From Catajapyx aquilonaris (lineage: Eukaryota), in contig KZ538283.1 in the NCBI GenBank assembly GCA_000934665.2, positions 62,001-87,287 on the forward strand: 25,287 nucleotides of DNA, given 5' to 3'. Positions 1 through 12,565 of the stretch are shown piece by piece. A program made the translations under genes and the position numbers. The notes beneath the pieces were generated by a model, which ran no database searches, had not been told where the DNA came from, and worked only from the letters and a program-made list of their open reading frames with translations. Numbering within the stretch: position 1 is the stretch's first letter; every line of letters begins with the position of its first letter.

Positions 1-1469
1 TTTTTTAGGGAGCTAACATAGTTTTAATGCTGGATATGTCCCGCAACAGTTGCCCAACTTGGCTTGTTTCCTGGTGGCATCAGAGGAGGGGAAGGAGAAG
101 CGTCTTTTAAAATGGAAGAGAGTGTCTCCCGCCTTCCTTTCAGCATGCATGTGGGCACCCAGGACTCTTCCGCTCTCTTCCAAACAGGACTTGACAGATG
201 CCTCCCATCTTACCTCTCTTTACACCAAAAAACCCACCCTCTCTATGGTAGGCCGGCTTCTTTTCTTTCCAAAAACTCCTCCCGTCTGCCTGGCCCCCTC
301 CTCGAATTAGAATAATTCAGTTTGCGATTTAAATATTTTCTAAGCTTCAGCTTTTTCCCCCCCCACAAGGAAACAACATCTGCACATTTTTTTGCAGGTT
401 GTCAAACTTAATGGCGTATTCAGTTCACCGGAGCATCTGCCACGTGGCGGTTAACAAAATGGTGGCCGGTTCAAAATGGCGTCAGCTGCTTTTCCAACTA
501 GGCTACTGTAGAAATAAACCCTCGTCAGATTGCTTGCTCTTGACTTTTCTTTCCAGCGCATATTTGCAAGTGCACGTGTTGGCCCCTCCAGAGATGAACT
601 CATGCGTGTCAGAGGTCGTTTTCTGTTGATTGTCCAATTGCAGTGGACTGATGTCATAACCATGCAATTTGTGAAGATTACTTCCACAATGTTGGCAACA
701 AAAGCTGGACAAAATTAGGCTCATTGCGCCATTGTGAAAAAAAACAGGCCAAATTTTTTTTAAGGAGAAAGAGGGGCGGACCTGAGGATCTCTTATTCAA
801 ATTTGGCTTCATGGCCAATTGGGTTAAAAGCCAATCTCTGGGCGTCGAGCCATTGATTCATCTGGGCCCCGCATCCGACAGCGATGCTTCAGGGATCCTC
901 CAACCTACTCAAAATCAGCCCCGATTATCGGCACCGGAGAGCCTTCATTTTCTATAGACGCTTGGATATAAGGGGGGGATGTTTTCAGAGAGATAGCATG
1001 ACTCAATGGCGTCATTTTCAGAAAGTGAACTTTGATGAAGCTATACAACACCCTCCTCTATATCCTTTTTTGCCTTTGCCCTTCTTTCGATAGGAGGCGA
1101 ACACACACAAAAAATAAAAATAAAAGGAGGGGAGATCCCTTATTGGGACTAACGAGGGTCAAGGGCGGATAGGCGTTCCTTGCAAAAACGTGGGAAGAAA
1201 GAGGCTTCACCGACAGTTCTGGGGGATTGGAATCCAGCTGCAGTGCTATTGAAGAGGTCAAGGACTATTGGAGTCTCGAGGCAATGGAAAAATTGACTTC
1301 TAATCAGGTTATGTCGTGCCATTAGAAAAATCGAGTTCTCACATTCGTTCTGGGACACTACATTTTTCTTGGCCTTCGTTCAATGCACGCTGCTTTTTAA
1401 TTAAATCACATACCTTCTTTTTTGGGGGGAAGCTACAGCACTAAGCATTTATAACTTGCTCTTTGCAAG

Positions 1470-1696
1470 CCTCTTCTTGGCCTCAATCGATTGACAAGTC
1501 TTGAGAGGATTCGGTAATTGGCGGTGATCTACTAGCGATGTGTAATCCGGCTTAACCGGTTCCGATTTTCATTCACGATTTGGTTACCTTTCAGAGCAGA
1601 TGAAAAGAACAGCAGGAGGGTCGTGATAGCCCTTCCCAACACCCGTTTGAATTGCTTCCTCCACGGGTTTTCATTCCGGGATTTATTTGACTCGAG
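1470..1696 (+). CDS. Two candidate phase-compatible exons (1470-1513, 1595-1696), unknown product
   Basis: Splice junctions ctttgcaag|..CG|gtaatt and cctttcag|..AG|gtaacg with an 81-nt intron. The spliced frame PLLGLNRLTSLERIRADEKNSRRVVIALPNTRLNCFLHGFSFRDLFDS is open. Confidence 0.35.
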
Positions 1697-4141
1697 GTAA
1701 CGAAAATATTTACCTGTACCCCGTATATTAAGTGACAATAATTCCAATTATTTTGCAATTGATATTAATTTCACAAAAATACTAGGAATTGCGGTTATAT
1801 AATTTTTTCAATTGGATCTTGTGCCCCTGACCATCTGGCAAGCAAAGATGGCCCCCTCCAAAAATCTTTTCTGAGACTCCTTCGTGCTCCAGTTGCTCTC
1901 TATTCATCCAGTTTGGGCCTCTCCCCTCATGCCAGCCTTTTTTTTTTACTTTTTTACTTTTTTTTCCTTCCTTTTCTCCAAGCGCTTGTGGCGGGAAAAG
2001 CCGGCTCTTGTGTTCTTGGGAGCTCCACTGACACCTCCCTGAGATTCCAGCCCGTGGGTGCAGCTGCTGCTCTGGGTGCTTGTTGCCAACCCAACCCTAC
2101 CGGAAATTCTACTCACAAAAACCATTTTCTGAAATTCTCCACAGTAGATGGTGCTGGTGGTCGAAAATTCGGGTGGAAAATTTTCAGAGAACAACACAAA
2201 GATTGACGAGCAAGAATCCGATAAATATGGCACATTTTTTTATGGAAGATATTTTGCGTTTCCTTCTAACTGGTGCAGAAGCGTCCGCTTTTCTTCCAAA
2301 GTCTTTTGTTCTCACTTTCTATTTGCACACCGCATCGTTTCGAGTACGCCAAAATATCGAACCGTCCCTGTTGGAAAATGCCTGTGACATTAATAATTTC
2401 CTCTTGCTTCCCCCATTCAAAACCGCCCGAATCCTACTACAGAATATGCATATTTTTTCCTGTTCTACTAAAAAAAAAATCGGTTTCCACTCTCCATCGG
2501 AGCAAACGGTGCGACTTTGACACGTCGAGTACGTAACTCCTGCTCGTAATTAAGTGCTAGTATTGGAAAAGTTGGTACATGCTGAGCGTGATGGAGCTAT
2601 TTTTGTGCCCTCCGCCACCATTCAGCGGCCGGGACAAACGATTTTGGGTCGGCGGCCTCCGATGAGACACACTGCCGGCAATGGCCGCGCAACACTACCA
2701 GCAAAATGGAGAGGGGGAGGGTGAACTAATGACTAAAGCAGATCAATGAGATGGGGGGTGGGGGGTGTATGAGGACACTTTAGCAGCACCTCCCCGACCA
2801 CAATTGGCCTTCTTATCATCATCCAACAAAGCGAAAGGGTTGCAGGACTGATGTCAAGCTTAACCCAGAATTATATCTCTTATAGTCGTATAAATGAGAG
2901 TTTCTCTGTATGTATGTCCGGGCTACCTAACCCATTTCCGGACTACTGAGAGCCCTGAAACGTGGCACACTGATGGCTTGCGTGCCGCTGATTCAAGGAA
3001 AAATCCGAAAATTCAACTTTTTGGAGTCTAAATAAATCCCAGATTATCCGACCACTGTACAAGTGTACAACATACTGAACACTAGAGGCAGTGCTCAACA
3101 AATAGGCAAATAGTACATAGAATTCACTTCAATTTTCTATGCAATGAGAATGGTACGAAAGGAGAGATGCTTTTGGGTTGCAGCTGCTCAGATAACGTTA
3201 CCAATATCGTAGCTTAGAAAGTGTCCCGTGGGAGGCGGGGGGGAACATGGTGAAATAAAAGACAGGAGGAGATGGGGGTGAGGGTAAAGGAAGATGAGGG
3301 TGATGCTATTCGAAAACGAACAGCCTTCTCCTTATACATATACCCTAGGGAACGATTATGGTTAAGTAGTGCGGGAGGGGGGTGGGGGGGAAGGACCAAA
3401 AAGAATGCGAAATAATTTCGCCAGATCCACGAACGATTAATCTCATTTCCTTGATTCGCCTCGGGGATCCTACTCATAAGTTTCGAAACTTTCTTTTCAA
3501 CATTATGCGCAGGAGTTGAAAAAAAAAAAAACTGGAGGGGGAGAAAAAGGGAATCAGATCCCACCTTATCTGCAGCAAGGGACTTTCAAAAGTCGTTACA
3601 TGCGTGTGTAAAATTAACCGCGAGTAACAGCCCTCGCGAGTATCAAAACCGCTGTTCCCAAAAGGTCATTTAATTAGCGTAGGCCTAATGTTATTTTGCT
3701 GGCTCGTGCTGGATTAGAGAGGAAAACCGCAGGAGATCTGTGTTCTAGAGAGGGTAACAAACTTTCCAGAAACTAGCACTTTATTACCGCAACCAGCATC
3801 CTTTTTCCCTCCCCAGATAGGCAGATATTAGCAGGAAAACCACCTTGATGCCATATATACACTTGGCAAAATTTTCAATCTTCCCCAGCAGAAATTTATT
3901 AAAAGGAAGATTTATGGCGCATTCTCCGGCCTAAGTAACGTGGATGCCGCTTTTAAAGGTTGCGAAGTGAAGAGGAAAGGAATAAGGATTGTTGACGTTT
4001 CAGCAGAAAAGGGGCCCCCCTCCAAGTACTCTTCTTGAACAGAAAATCATGGCTTGAGGCGGAATTTACTGTGGATTTAATAAATCATCAAACTCCCACC
4101 ACCAGCAAACCACATTCAACATTTTTCCTTTGATCCCCATT

Positions 4142-4147
<6 letters not shown>

Positions 4148-4172
<25 letters not shown>

Positions 4173-4173
4173 T
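4148..4173 (+). repeat. (CT)13 microsatellite
   Basis: Read directly from the sequence. Confidence 0.97.
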
Positions 4174-4693
4174 TCCCCTCCATTCGCTAGCCCTATAACA
4201 CTTGAATTATGTATATGTGTCCAGTGCGCTGTACTGAGCCACTGAATTTACTGAGATTGCCGCAAAATAAGTTGAAAACATGAGCCCCGGCACTCACGTA
4301 GCATAACGCGAACAATGATTCACACACATAAATATCTCTTCCAAACGTTTTACCACGGGTTTTGTCCGCCCTGCAGCAGGCTACACGAGTTATACAAGAC
4401 GATTTAATTTTATCACAAACTTATGGATGATGCTGCTGTCTTGCGAAAAAATGGATTGCAGCAATTTCTTAAATGTTGCTTTGGAGTGCAAATTTTTAAT
4501 CTATGGCCTGCCTGCCTGCCTGCCGCGGCAAATGCTGCAAGAGGCGAGCTCCTTTTTAAAAAAACGGAAGAAAATTATAGGCTACGAACTGTTTTTAAAA
4601 TTAACCTGGCAGATTGGATGGCTTAGGAGACGTCTCTCTTTTTTCGCAAAAAAAAGGCGTACGGGGGATATCCGGAATCCCGTGTCTCCGGAC

Positions 4694-4931
4694 TTAGCTG
4701 CAGTAAAATAAATCGAAATGGTCAGGATTCGAATCCGACTGCCTGCATCTGGTTCCCTCAGGACATTGATCGCCGCAGTTACACTCTATTCTCCTCACAT
4801 ACATGTTCAGCATAAATCTAACCCCCCCTGCAGTAAGAAAATTCCCATTTCCGTATATGACCTCTGACCCATAATGTGCTTCACATGTGGCTACATTTGG
4901 TGTCTTAATCATCCTTCTTCTGTCTTTGGCT
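4694..4931 (-). CDS. Candidate terminal exon of an unknown Cys-containing protein
   Basis: Poly-C tract + CAAAG acceptor, then an open frame AKDRRRMIKTPNVATCEAHYGSEVIYGNGNFLTAGGVRFMLNMYVRRIECNCGDQCPEGTRCRQSDSNPDHFDLFYCS ending at TAA. No family recognised; the upstream part is hidden by the gap. Confidence 0.35.
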
Positions 4932-4947
4932 CTTTGGGGGGGGGGGG

Positions 4948-5228
4948 NNNNNNNNNNNNNNNNNNNNNNNNNNNNNNNNNNNNNNNNNNNNNNNNNNNNN
5001 NNNNNNNNNNNNNNNNNNNNNNNNNNNNNNNNNNNNNNNNNNNNNNNNNNNNNNNNNNNNNNNNNNNNNNNNNNNNNNNNNNNNNNNNNNNNNNNNNNNN
5101 NNNNNNNNNNNNNNNNNNNNNNNNNNNNNNNNNNNNNNNNNNNNNNNNNNNNNNNNNNNNNNNNNNNNNNNNNNNNNNNNNNNNNNNNNNNNNNNNNNNN
5201 NNNNNNNNNNNNNNNNNNNNNNNNNNNN
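4948..5228. other. Assembly gap (281 N) flanked on both sides by poly-G
   Basis: N run with G runs at 4936-4947 and 5229-5239. Confidence 0.99.
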
Positions 5229-6589
5229 GGGGGGGGGGGAGGGTGTGTGTGTGTGTGAAGCTCTCTCTCTATCTCTCTGAGGGAGCTCCCATTTGGAGCG
5301 CGCAGGAATCTTGCAATTTCTTCGGGTTGCCGGCTGACCAAATTGCGCCGCAATTCTTCTCCTGACAAACTCCAGACATTACGTTTTTTACCCCCCCTGT
5401 TCCTTCCAATGTTGATCCCGCCACATGCTTTTCCCTTCTTTCAAACGGGATCAAGTCTCCCCCCTCCCTTACTGTTGAGATTACCATAAAAAGGTACGCG
5501 TTTTGATATACCGCTCCTGTCTTTTTAGGAACACTTTTATAGGCATGCGGCTAGTTGGTTTCGTAAAGGTTACAACCGCATTTCTGCAACATTTGCTCTC
5601 TTTTTTTGAGGGGGATGTCAGACAACGGATTGAAGACGGCCGTTAGCGTGCTGCTTCCTATCCATGCACCAGGTGTGTTGTCTGTCTCGAAAGGGTGGAA
5701 GACAAAAAAAAACGTGGAGGTGACGCCATAAGGCAGATGAAAAGGAGTCTGCGGGATGGGGAAGATTCTAAGAAAGAAACCAGGGGCACAAGTTCAAGCA
5801 CGGGTTTAGGTTGCCAGGTGCGTAGACGCATGGCGTTTAGAACGTTGCATATCTACGGTCCACGTGCGCATGAGACATGAAACATCCTGAGGAGATAGCA
5901 GGTCGATGTAAACAAAGTTGAGGAAAGAGACGACCCAAGCTGTTGTTTCAGTGTGTGACAGGACCAATTGGTTTGGGCCCGCGTGTATCAAAAGCATCTT
6001 CTTCTTCTTCACGCACGACACGAGGCAGCTGCCAAGGAGTCAGGAAATCAGGCGGCATGAACTTCTTCCTTCCCCTTGCCACCTTTCAGCTGCCTTTTGC
6101 CTGTGCATGCGAACGGACGTTTTAGCTGGGGTAGCACCCTACCATCTCCGATGAAAGACTTTTCCTTCGAGCTCAATTCGAGCTGACCAACTGCCATGAC
6201 GCCATTCTTGAAAGCGGTTCAACTACTTGCCAGAAAATCTTTCTTTCCAGGTTTGCTCGGACTTTTAAATGCGGGTTGTTACGCTACAGTGATCACTTCA
6301 ATGTCTTGTTTGCAGGGGTATAGTTCGGGTGTAAAAATAAGTGCGATTGTGATGTAAACTGCGGTCAACCTACAGCTGTTGAGGACACAAAAAAAGGAGG
6401 ATGGATCCAGCTGCCTTCTGGTGGTTGAACGTACTCTGGCTCCAACAATTCAGATGATTTTTATATAATCAGGAGGGAGCGAGAGAATATATTCTGGACA
6501 CGTTGAGATAATCCGGAAAATTAGGGAGAGGAAGATAAAACGGGGCCTGAAAACCATTATTAAATGTGTAAACTTTGATAAAAATTTAT

Positions 6590-6985
6590 TATGAAGAAAT
6601 CAACTACGCCATTTAAGTTCATGTTTTATCTTGTCATATTTTTTTAAAAAACAATTTCGTGCCTTTTCGTCTGTAAAATTTCAATAGACTATTGAACCGC
6701 AATTTTTGCCACTTTCGAATAAAAATATTCTTACTTTAAAGATAATTGTATTGACAGGAGTTATGAGAAAATGCCATAATAATTATCATCATATAAGTTA
6801 ATTTTTATTACCTTGTCATAATTATTTAAAAACAATTAATGCGCATTTTCTTCTGTAACGTTGATTTCAATTAAAACGCAATTTTTGCCACTTTCGATTG
6901 TACGATTGTTACTTTAGAGCCGGTTGTATATGGACACCGACGAGAAATTGTGTGATATGCTTATTATAAACTAATGTTATTTTGC
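6590..6985 (+). repeat. Diverged AT-rich tandem duplication, period ~179 bp, about 2 copies
   Basis: CGCAATTTTTGCCACTTTCGA occurs at 6698 and 6877. TAAGTT, CTTGTCATA, TTTAAAAA..CAATT, TCTGTAA and TTACTTTA recur at a similar offset. Outer limits are approximate. Confidence 0.8.
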
Positions 6986-8690
6986 TACTACAGTATAAGA
7001 GCCTTTTAAAATCAAGGAAACACCAATAAATTCAGGGCTACCACCCGTAAAAGATCCACTAAACAACTTGATTCCACCAGATCCCTTTGACGGCGCAAAA
7101 TCCACAAGCCGTCTGAAAATTATGTTGTGTACATCCACGTCTCCTAACGCGGATCACAAACTCCTGATTCGCCTATTGTGGCTCATAATAGCCAGAGGAG
7201 CAACAAACCGCGCTTTTTTCCCCCCTCTGAACCCCCAACAGTCGTAAAGAGTTACCTGACAGCACAAATTATTCGGGTTTAAAAACCATGAAATAACTGC
7301 AAGCCCTAGTCCGCGACATATATACGATTTTATAGCCATATCCAGTGTCCCAACACGGATAGTAAATCAGTGTGTTTTTCGTCTGGCCCAGGGGCCGCAT
7401 TGTGCCCGAAGCAGCCAGATGTTCAAGAACCCTCCGGCCCACCTTTTTTTTCTCTCTTTCGGCAACCCTCTTATTCTTCAGGTAAGAAGCCTAGCACATG
7501 CCTACCTTGGAAGTGTCCGGTACAAAAGCACTAGTCCGGATGGGGATCTGAATAGGTCTCTTTTCATCCTGATGGGGGGGAGAGAGCCAGAAGGGAGCCC
7601 ACCTTGCCAATTGGGCAAGAAACCGACAAGGAATCCTAGGAAATCCGCACGGATACCTTCGCTAGACTATAGTCAGACTAGACATGAATTCGTGATAGTA
7701 TTGGTGGCTCCAGGTCCTGTGGGATCAGGAGAAAAAAAAGAGTGCAGGCCAGCAGAGACCGGTGGAGCACATGAACTAAGGCAGACGTGAAAAGGGAGTT
7801 TATTCAGAAGTAAAGAAGCGCGCAAACGTAACCCCGGGGGTTACCAAGGCCCCTTAGAATAAAAGGAGGAGGAGAAGTAGGCAGAAGAAAGCAATTGGCT
7901 GAAAGGTGCCCTTTAAAAAGTAACAAAGCTGGGCTGCAGCCAAAAAGGACCCGGAGAAGCAGGGTTGGGTCCCGGATAGAAAAGAGCTGACCCCTACACC
8001 AGGTCTAAGGAAATATCCCGTTGGGGTGCCCTTTGTGCATCTTGGTATATTGAACCTGGAGGAAGAAGAAAAAATGGAAGCATGTGGCATGTGTCCCTTT
8101 TCACTGGTGAGATGTTCGTGCCGGTCTAATTCAAGGCGGTTTGTGAGGCTGACAAAGATGGGCTGCTGGGACTGGGGTCAAGGTCGATGGATTCTTGTGA
8201 CCAACCCCTCCCTGACAATTGGCACACGTCAGAAAACCCTGCACACCTGGACTTTTTCTTGGCACGAGCTGCAACACCTGCCCCTACAACCATCCTAAGA
8301 AGGTGGTCACCTGGCCTGTTGTATACACACAGCTGTGCTTCGATGCTGCGTTTTTGGGGGGGAGAAGGTAAAATCACATGCAAATTATTTTGCAACTCTT
8401 GACGGCAAATTAGAGGAAGACGCACGGGGGGAAGAAAACCCCGACAATTAAGAAAAGCGAGCGCCTCCTTCGATCGACATGCAAATCGGGTCCCCCACCC
8501 CCAGCAAGTCGAATAATGAAGTGAAGCCCGCTACTCTTTCATTGTGCATAAGTAATCCCGCGCCTTTCGCGAAACAATATGAGCAGTAAGTGAAACCCCA
8601 TCCTCGGTCGGAAAATTTGCAAGTTGAAGAGACCCCCAGTCTGAAACATTGGCGCATAACCATCAGTGTAATTAGATTATATGAAATTAT

Positions 8691-8692
<2 letters not shown>

Positions 8693-8750
<58 letters not shown>
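8693..8750 (+). repeat. (CT)29 microsatellite
   Basis: Read directly. It explains the (ER)n and (SL)n runs in the ORF track. Confidence 0.98.
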
Positions 8751-8752
<2 letters not shown>

Positions 8753-9489
8753 AAACCCGGGTATATATACGTTGCAGGTTTTTCCGGATATATATAAGTA
8801 TGCAGCAAAGCATGTCTCTCTCGAGCAGACGTTCTCTTAATTTATTTTCATCTTTTAACATTCGCCGCAGGTTTGCCGTCACCACTCTTTGCTCCTCCGT
8901 CACCAAACAGAGACAATGCAAATTAGTTTCGAGGAGTTGCTAGGGGGGGAAAATACATGTGATGATCTCCCCCCCCCCTTCCCCCCTCAATCCACGGATT
9001 CAACCTGATGCACATACCAACTACTCCAATTACCTCAATAATTATCCGGGGACGATATTACGAAAGGGGGTTGGAATTTGCTTCTGTGCAATATAAAACG
9101 TGGAAAGTGACACTGGCATTTCCGTCTCGACGACAACAGCCAGGACATTAATAAGACGAATCATCAGTCACTTTCGGGGGTTACATCCGGTTCCACATGT
9201 GGGCACCCACACACATATCCTTCCAGATGCTACAACTAAGATAAAGGTCAAGTACGCCGCCCTTTATTAATAATAATAAGAGAAGACTTGCTTATTAATT
9301 AATTACCGTCTCTTCTGCCGCCAATGGCTCTCAAAATTAATTTCCTCGATGAAATTAATGATCGGGCTGGAAAGTGCTCCACAAATCATCTTTATGCCCT
9401 ACACTCAATTTGTCACGGTCGTACCCGATTTTTTTTTTTTTTACGGGACACTGCACAATTTTGCGGACACGTCCTGATTGGACAGTGCA

Positions 9490-9860
9490 GCTCAAATCAA
9501 TTTTTCATTTATTAAAAAATATTATTATACAAAATTTCAGATGTGAATATTATTGTATGTTGTCATACCAATTTTAATGCGCGAATTGAAATTTATTAGA
9601 CACTATCAGGGGATTGATAAATAAAAATTATCGAAAAGAAATCTGTGCCACAATATGACACCAAACATCATAAAAAATTGTAAATATTGGGCATTTAGAC
9701 TTTAAAAAATTGCAGTTTTTTTAGACTTTTTCCTAAATCAGCGGCAAAGTAAGTGTGCCAAGTTTCAGCACTCTCAGTAGTCTGAAAGTGAGTTAGGTAG
9801 CTCGGACAATCATACATAGATATATGTAAAACTTTCAGTTTCATATGATATAGCGATTTA
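9490..9860 (+). mobile_element. AT-rich remnant resembling the end of a non-autonomous Helitron/Helentron-type repeat
   Basis: Abrupt AT-rich block ending TGTGCCAAGTTTCAG...CATACATAGATAT...ACTTTCAGTTTCATATGATATAGCGAT. This motif order is recalled from invertebrate Lep1/DINE-like repeats. Limits are approximate. Confidence 0.3.
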
Positions 9861-10152
9861 AATATTTCAAGTAAGGGGAGAAGTCATGACAAATGACTTA
9901 GTGTTTGCAACGAATTGCTGGGAAAAACAATCAACCGGCCAGTGCACCTTCCTGCAGCTTCCCCACCCACCCCCCCCCCCCCCNAAAAAACTCGATACGA
10001 GAACAATCGGAGAATCGCTCAAGCCGGTATATCACGCCTACAGGGGGTGGCCGAAAAAAAAACAACAACAACAGGAGCCTCTAACCCTCTCCGCATACTA
10101 AAATGGTTGGAACAAACAGCAGATAAGTCACACCGCATCCTTTCACCTGCAG

Positions 10153-10435
10153 AAACTTTCTCCTGCAGCAGATGCTCTCCCCTGTTTAGATTGTGGTCCT
10201 TTTGTGGAAAAGCACCAGGTGAAGGTACAGGTGTTGAGCCAGCATCTGGGTGCTGACCCGTACTCTTTTTTTCCTCCAAGTTCGGTGTTCTTATCAAGGC
10301 GGCCAGTCCAACAAAAAGCCAGGTAAGAAACGGTGGCCTTCACTGATTTATCCATTTTTTTTGGGACCTCCGGTTTTACACCAGATGCTGGCCCAAGCAG
10401 GTGGTGACCGCGACGCGTGGCTGCTTCGGGCCTGA
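10153..10435 (+). CDS. Three candidate exons (10153-10218, 10281-10322, 10385-10435), unknown product
   Basis: Two GT..AG introns of 62 nt each, with CTGA(C/T) branch-like motifs and pyrimidine tracts. The first two exons are multiples of 3 (66 and 42 nt). The phase-0 frame KLSPAADALPCLDCGPFVEKHQ-FGVLIKAASPTKSQ-MLAQAGGDRDAWLLRA* is open, but the frame is ambiguous. Confidence 0.35.
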
Positions 10436-11149
10436 AATGTTTTGGATCTCTTGTTGTTTAGATGGGGGGGAGTGTGCGGCTTGGGGGTTAAAGATTGTGA
10501 GGGCACGAGCAGCTGGCCATCTGCCGCCCCGAGACGACCTCCATCATCCCCCACCCACACTGGAAAAACCTCTCATCTTGTGCCCCCCCCTCCAACTCCT
10601 TATCTCACCCATGTCCAGATGCTGTTTGCCAGTCCTGGAAATGGAGCGGTGCTGGAGAAGAAGAAAAAAAACCGGTTGGGAAAAACCGCATTGAAGTAAT
10701 TCCCGGCTTAGTTGTCCGTTGAATATTTTTTTTACGCGTCTGTAATGGAGCACCCTGTTTTTTTTTCTCCTTAAGATTTTTTTGGAGACGGCACGCGCGG
10801 CGGCAGGTGCACTTCGCCCACCTCCAGTTTCTAATGAGGCCAGAAACCCTCCTACTCTCCATCGAAAGCAACGCCACTATTTGGCTGCCCTTCTTTGGGA
10901 TCCAGACTATTTCAAGATCTTCAGGGGTAGTGTTGCCTACTTTCCCAGAAATTGCTGCTCTCTTATAAACACAATAATTTTAAAACACGATTGGCAAATC
11001 ACGTGAGTGTGATTCGAGTAGACTTTTTTCAAATTGGGCAGCGGGAAATGAGGCTGACAACTTGGACGGTGTTATGCAATAATGTGTCAACCCACAAAAA
11101 ATGTCAAAGCCCAAAGGATCGTACTTCATTCGGAAGTTGGCCATGAAAC

Positions 11150-11370
11150 CTATTTAGGGTCCGCTGAATCCGAAAACAGTTTATTGCTCTCTCCTGCGGT
11201 TTAGGCCCTGATACCTGTCCACAGACAGACGGACAGAGCCGTTCTATAAAACTATTTTATGCGAAAATTTCTAAAAATTGTAAAATGAAATCATCAAAAT
11301 GCAAATTATTTTCTCAGCGGCACAATTTTGCAACAATTTGAAATATTTTTAAAGATTTTTGAATCTATAG
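11150..11370 (+). mobile_element. Short interspersed-repeat remnant (DINE-1/HINE-like motifs)
   Basis: GGGTCCGCTGAATCCGAA at 11157 and ACAGACAGACGGACAG at 11221, followed by an AT-rich tail. The resemblance is from recall only. Confidence 0.3.
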
Positions 11371-11825
11371 TCTAATGCAGATTGTATGCTACATATGGTG
11401 GAGACCACACACTTTTTCTGGTACCCTCGTGTTTCATGCTGAGGGGAGAGAAAAGGCTTTTGAGACGAAGGATGAGGAGTGGCAGGCGTGTCGGATGCAG
11501 GGAACACCGTCAGCTGTTGTGCGTGGCTTCGCTTCATTAACTTTCCAACACTCTCATATGATTGGGTTGGATTCACCGTAAAAGCACCCACGCTCGCGTT
11601 CATCCATCTTACATAAGGTTTGTACTTGGATTCTCTATTTTTTCAGGGGGTGTCTTTTATCCTCGGTAATGGACCCCGGGAGTTTACTCCTCTTAACTAG
11701 TGCTGATCCGGAATATGTGGGCCACTTACACATTATGCTAACTATAGCGCCCCAGGTTTTTCTTGGCGTCAACTCACATGTCTGGTTCAGAAGAAAAAAA
11801 AAATTGGGCCATGCACATTGCACCT

Positions 11826-11831
11826 GTCTAG
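11826..11831 (+). repeat. Left target-site duplication GTCTAG
   Basis: Identical to 14221-14226 and directly abuts the TIR terminus. Confidence 0.85.
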
Positions 11832-12565
11832 TACGGTGGCCCAGAAGGGTCACGACACACACACAAGTAGCGACTACACACACAAGTAACGACTACACCC
11901 ACAAGTAAGGACTACACACAAGTAACGACTACACACACAAGTAACGACTACACACACAAGTAACGGCTACACACACAAGTAACGGCTACACACACAAGTA
12001 ACGACTACACCCACAAGTAACGACTACACACACAAGTAACGGCTACACCCACAAGAAGCGACTACACACACAAGTAACGGCTACACACACAAGTAAGGAA
12101 CTCAACCACAAGTAAGGATTTCAAACTTCCCGCGATACCCTCGCTGCAAGGGGTACGGCACAATAACGGTACCGGTGCGGTGGTATGGTTCGGGGTGGCG
12201 GCTCATTTATTGGACCCGAAAGGGATTTTATAGCTGTATTTTCTTCTCCGCATTCCAGGAACATAGTGCTTTCAAACCCAAAGTTTCGGGCCATACGCGT
12301 ATTTGTAAAGATTTTACCTACGCAAACTTTTAATAAGGGCGTAAGTGAAAATTGCGTGTTTGCGGCGTATGTGTTGGACTGCGATGGTCGTACAGGTGTC
12401 CTTTCCTAGGTTTTCAGGGATGAGGAACTCAATTATGACATTTACAAAACCCTCAGAGGTCAACAACTTTCGTTGAGCAGGGGTCCGACATTCGAATATT
12501 TTTGTACGAGATTCAATGACCATTTCTGGCTTGCCGTCGATACATTCGCGAAGTAATTCGGATTA
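11832..12565 (+). repeat. Left terminal inverted repeat (~734 bp)
   Basis: Reverse complement of 13539-14220. The inner end ...TTCGCGAAGTAATTCGGATTA pairs with TAATCCGAATTACTTCGCGAA at 13539. Near-identical mirrored 69-aa ORFs at 12314-12523(-) and 13581-13790(+) confirm the match. Confidence 0.95.
11857..12118 (+). repeat. Subterminal minisatellite, 19-bp unit ACACACACAAGTAACGACT, about 14 copies
   Basis: Head-to-tail units with variants (GGCT/GACT, ACACCCAC, one 17-bp unit) and no unique spacers. Confidence 0.95.

Noticed and set aside
3685..3700. 16-bp exact match to 6971-6986
   Set aside because: AT-rich, not extendable, and plausible by chance in 25 kb.
4874..5368. Long ORFs spanning the N gap
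   Set aside because: Their length is inflated by N codons.
7828..7844. Palindrome GTAACCCCGGGGGTTAC
   Set aside because: An isolated 8-bp stem driven by C/G runs, with no supporting context.
8448..8943. Long ORFs with (ER)n and (SL)n runs
   Set aside because: They are kept open by the (CT)29 microsatellite.
11635..11883. MCVVATCVC... ORFs here and at 14079-14318
   Set aside because: They are translations of the minisatellite.
11857..12118. Repeat array as a CRISPR locus
   Set aside because: Units are head-to-tail with no unique spacers, lie inside a transposon TIR, and there are no cas genes.
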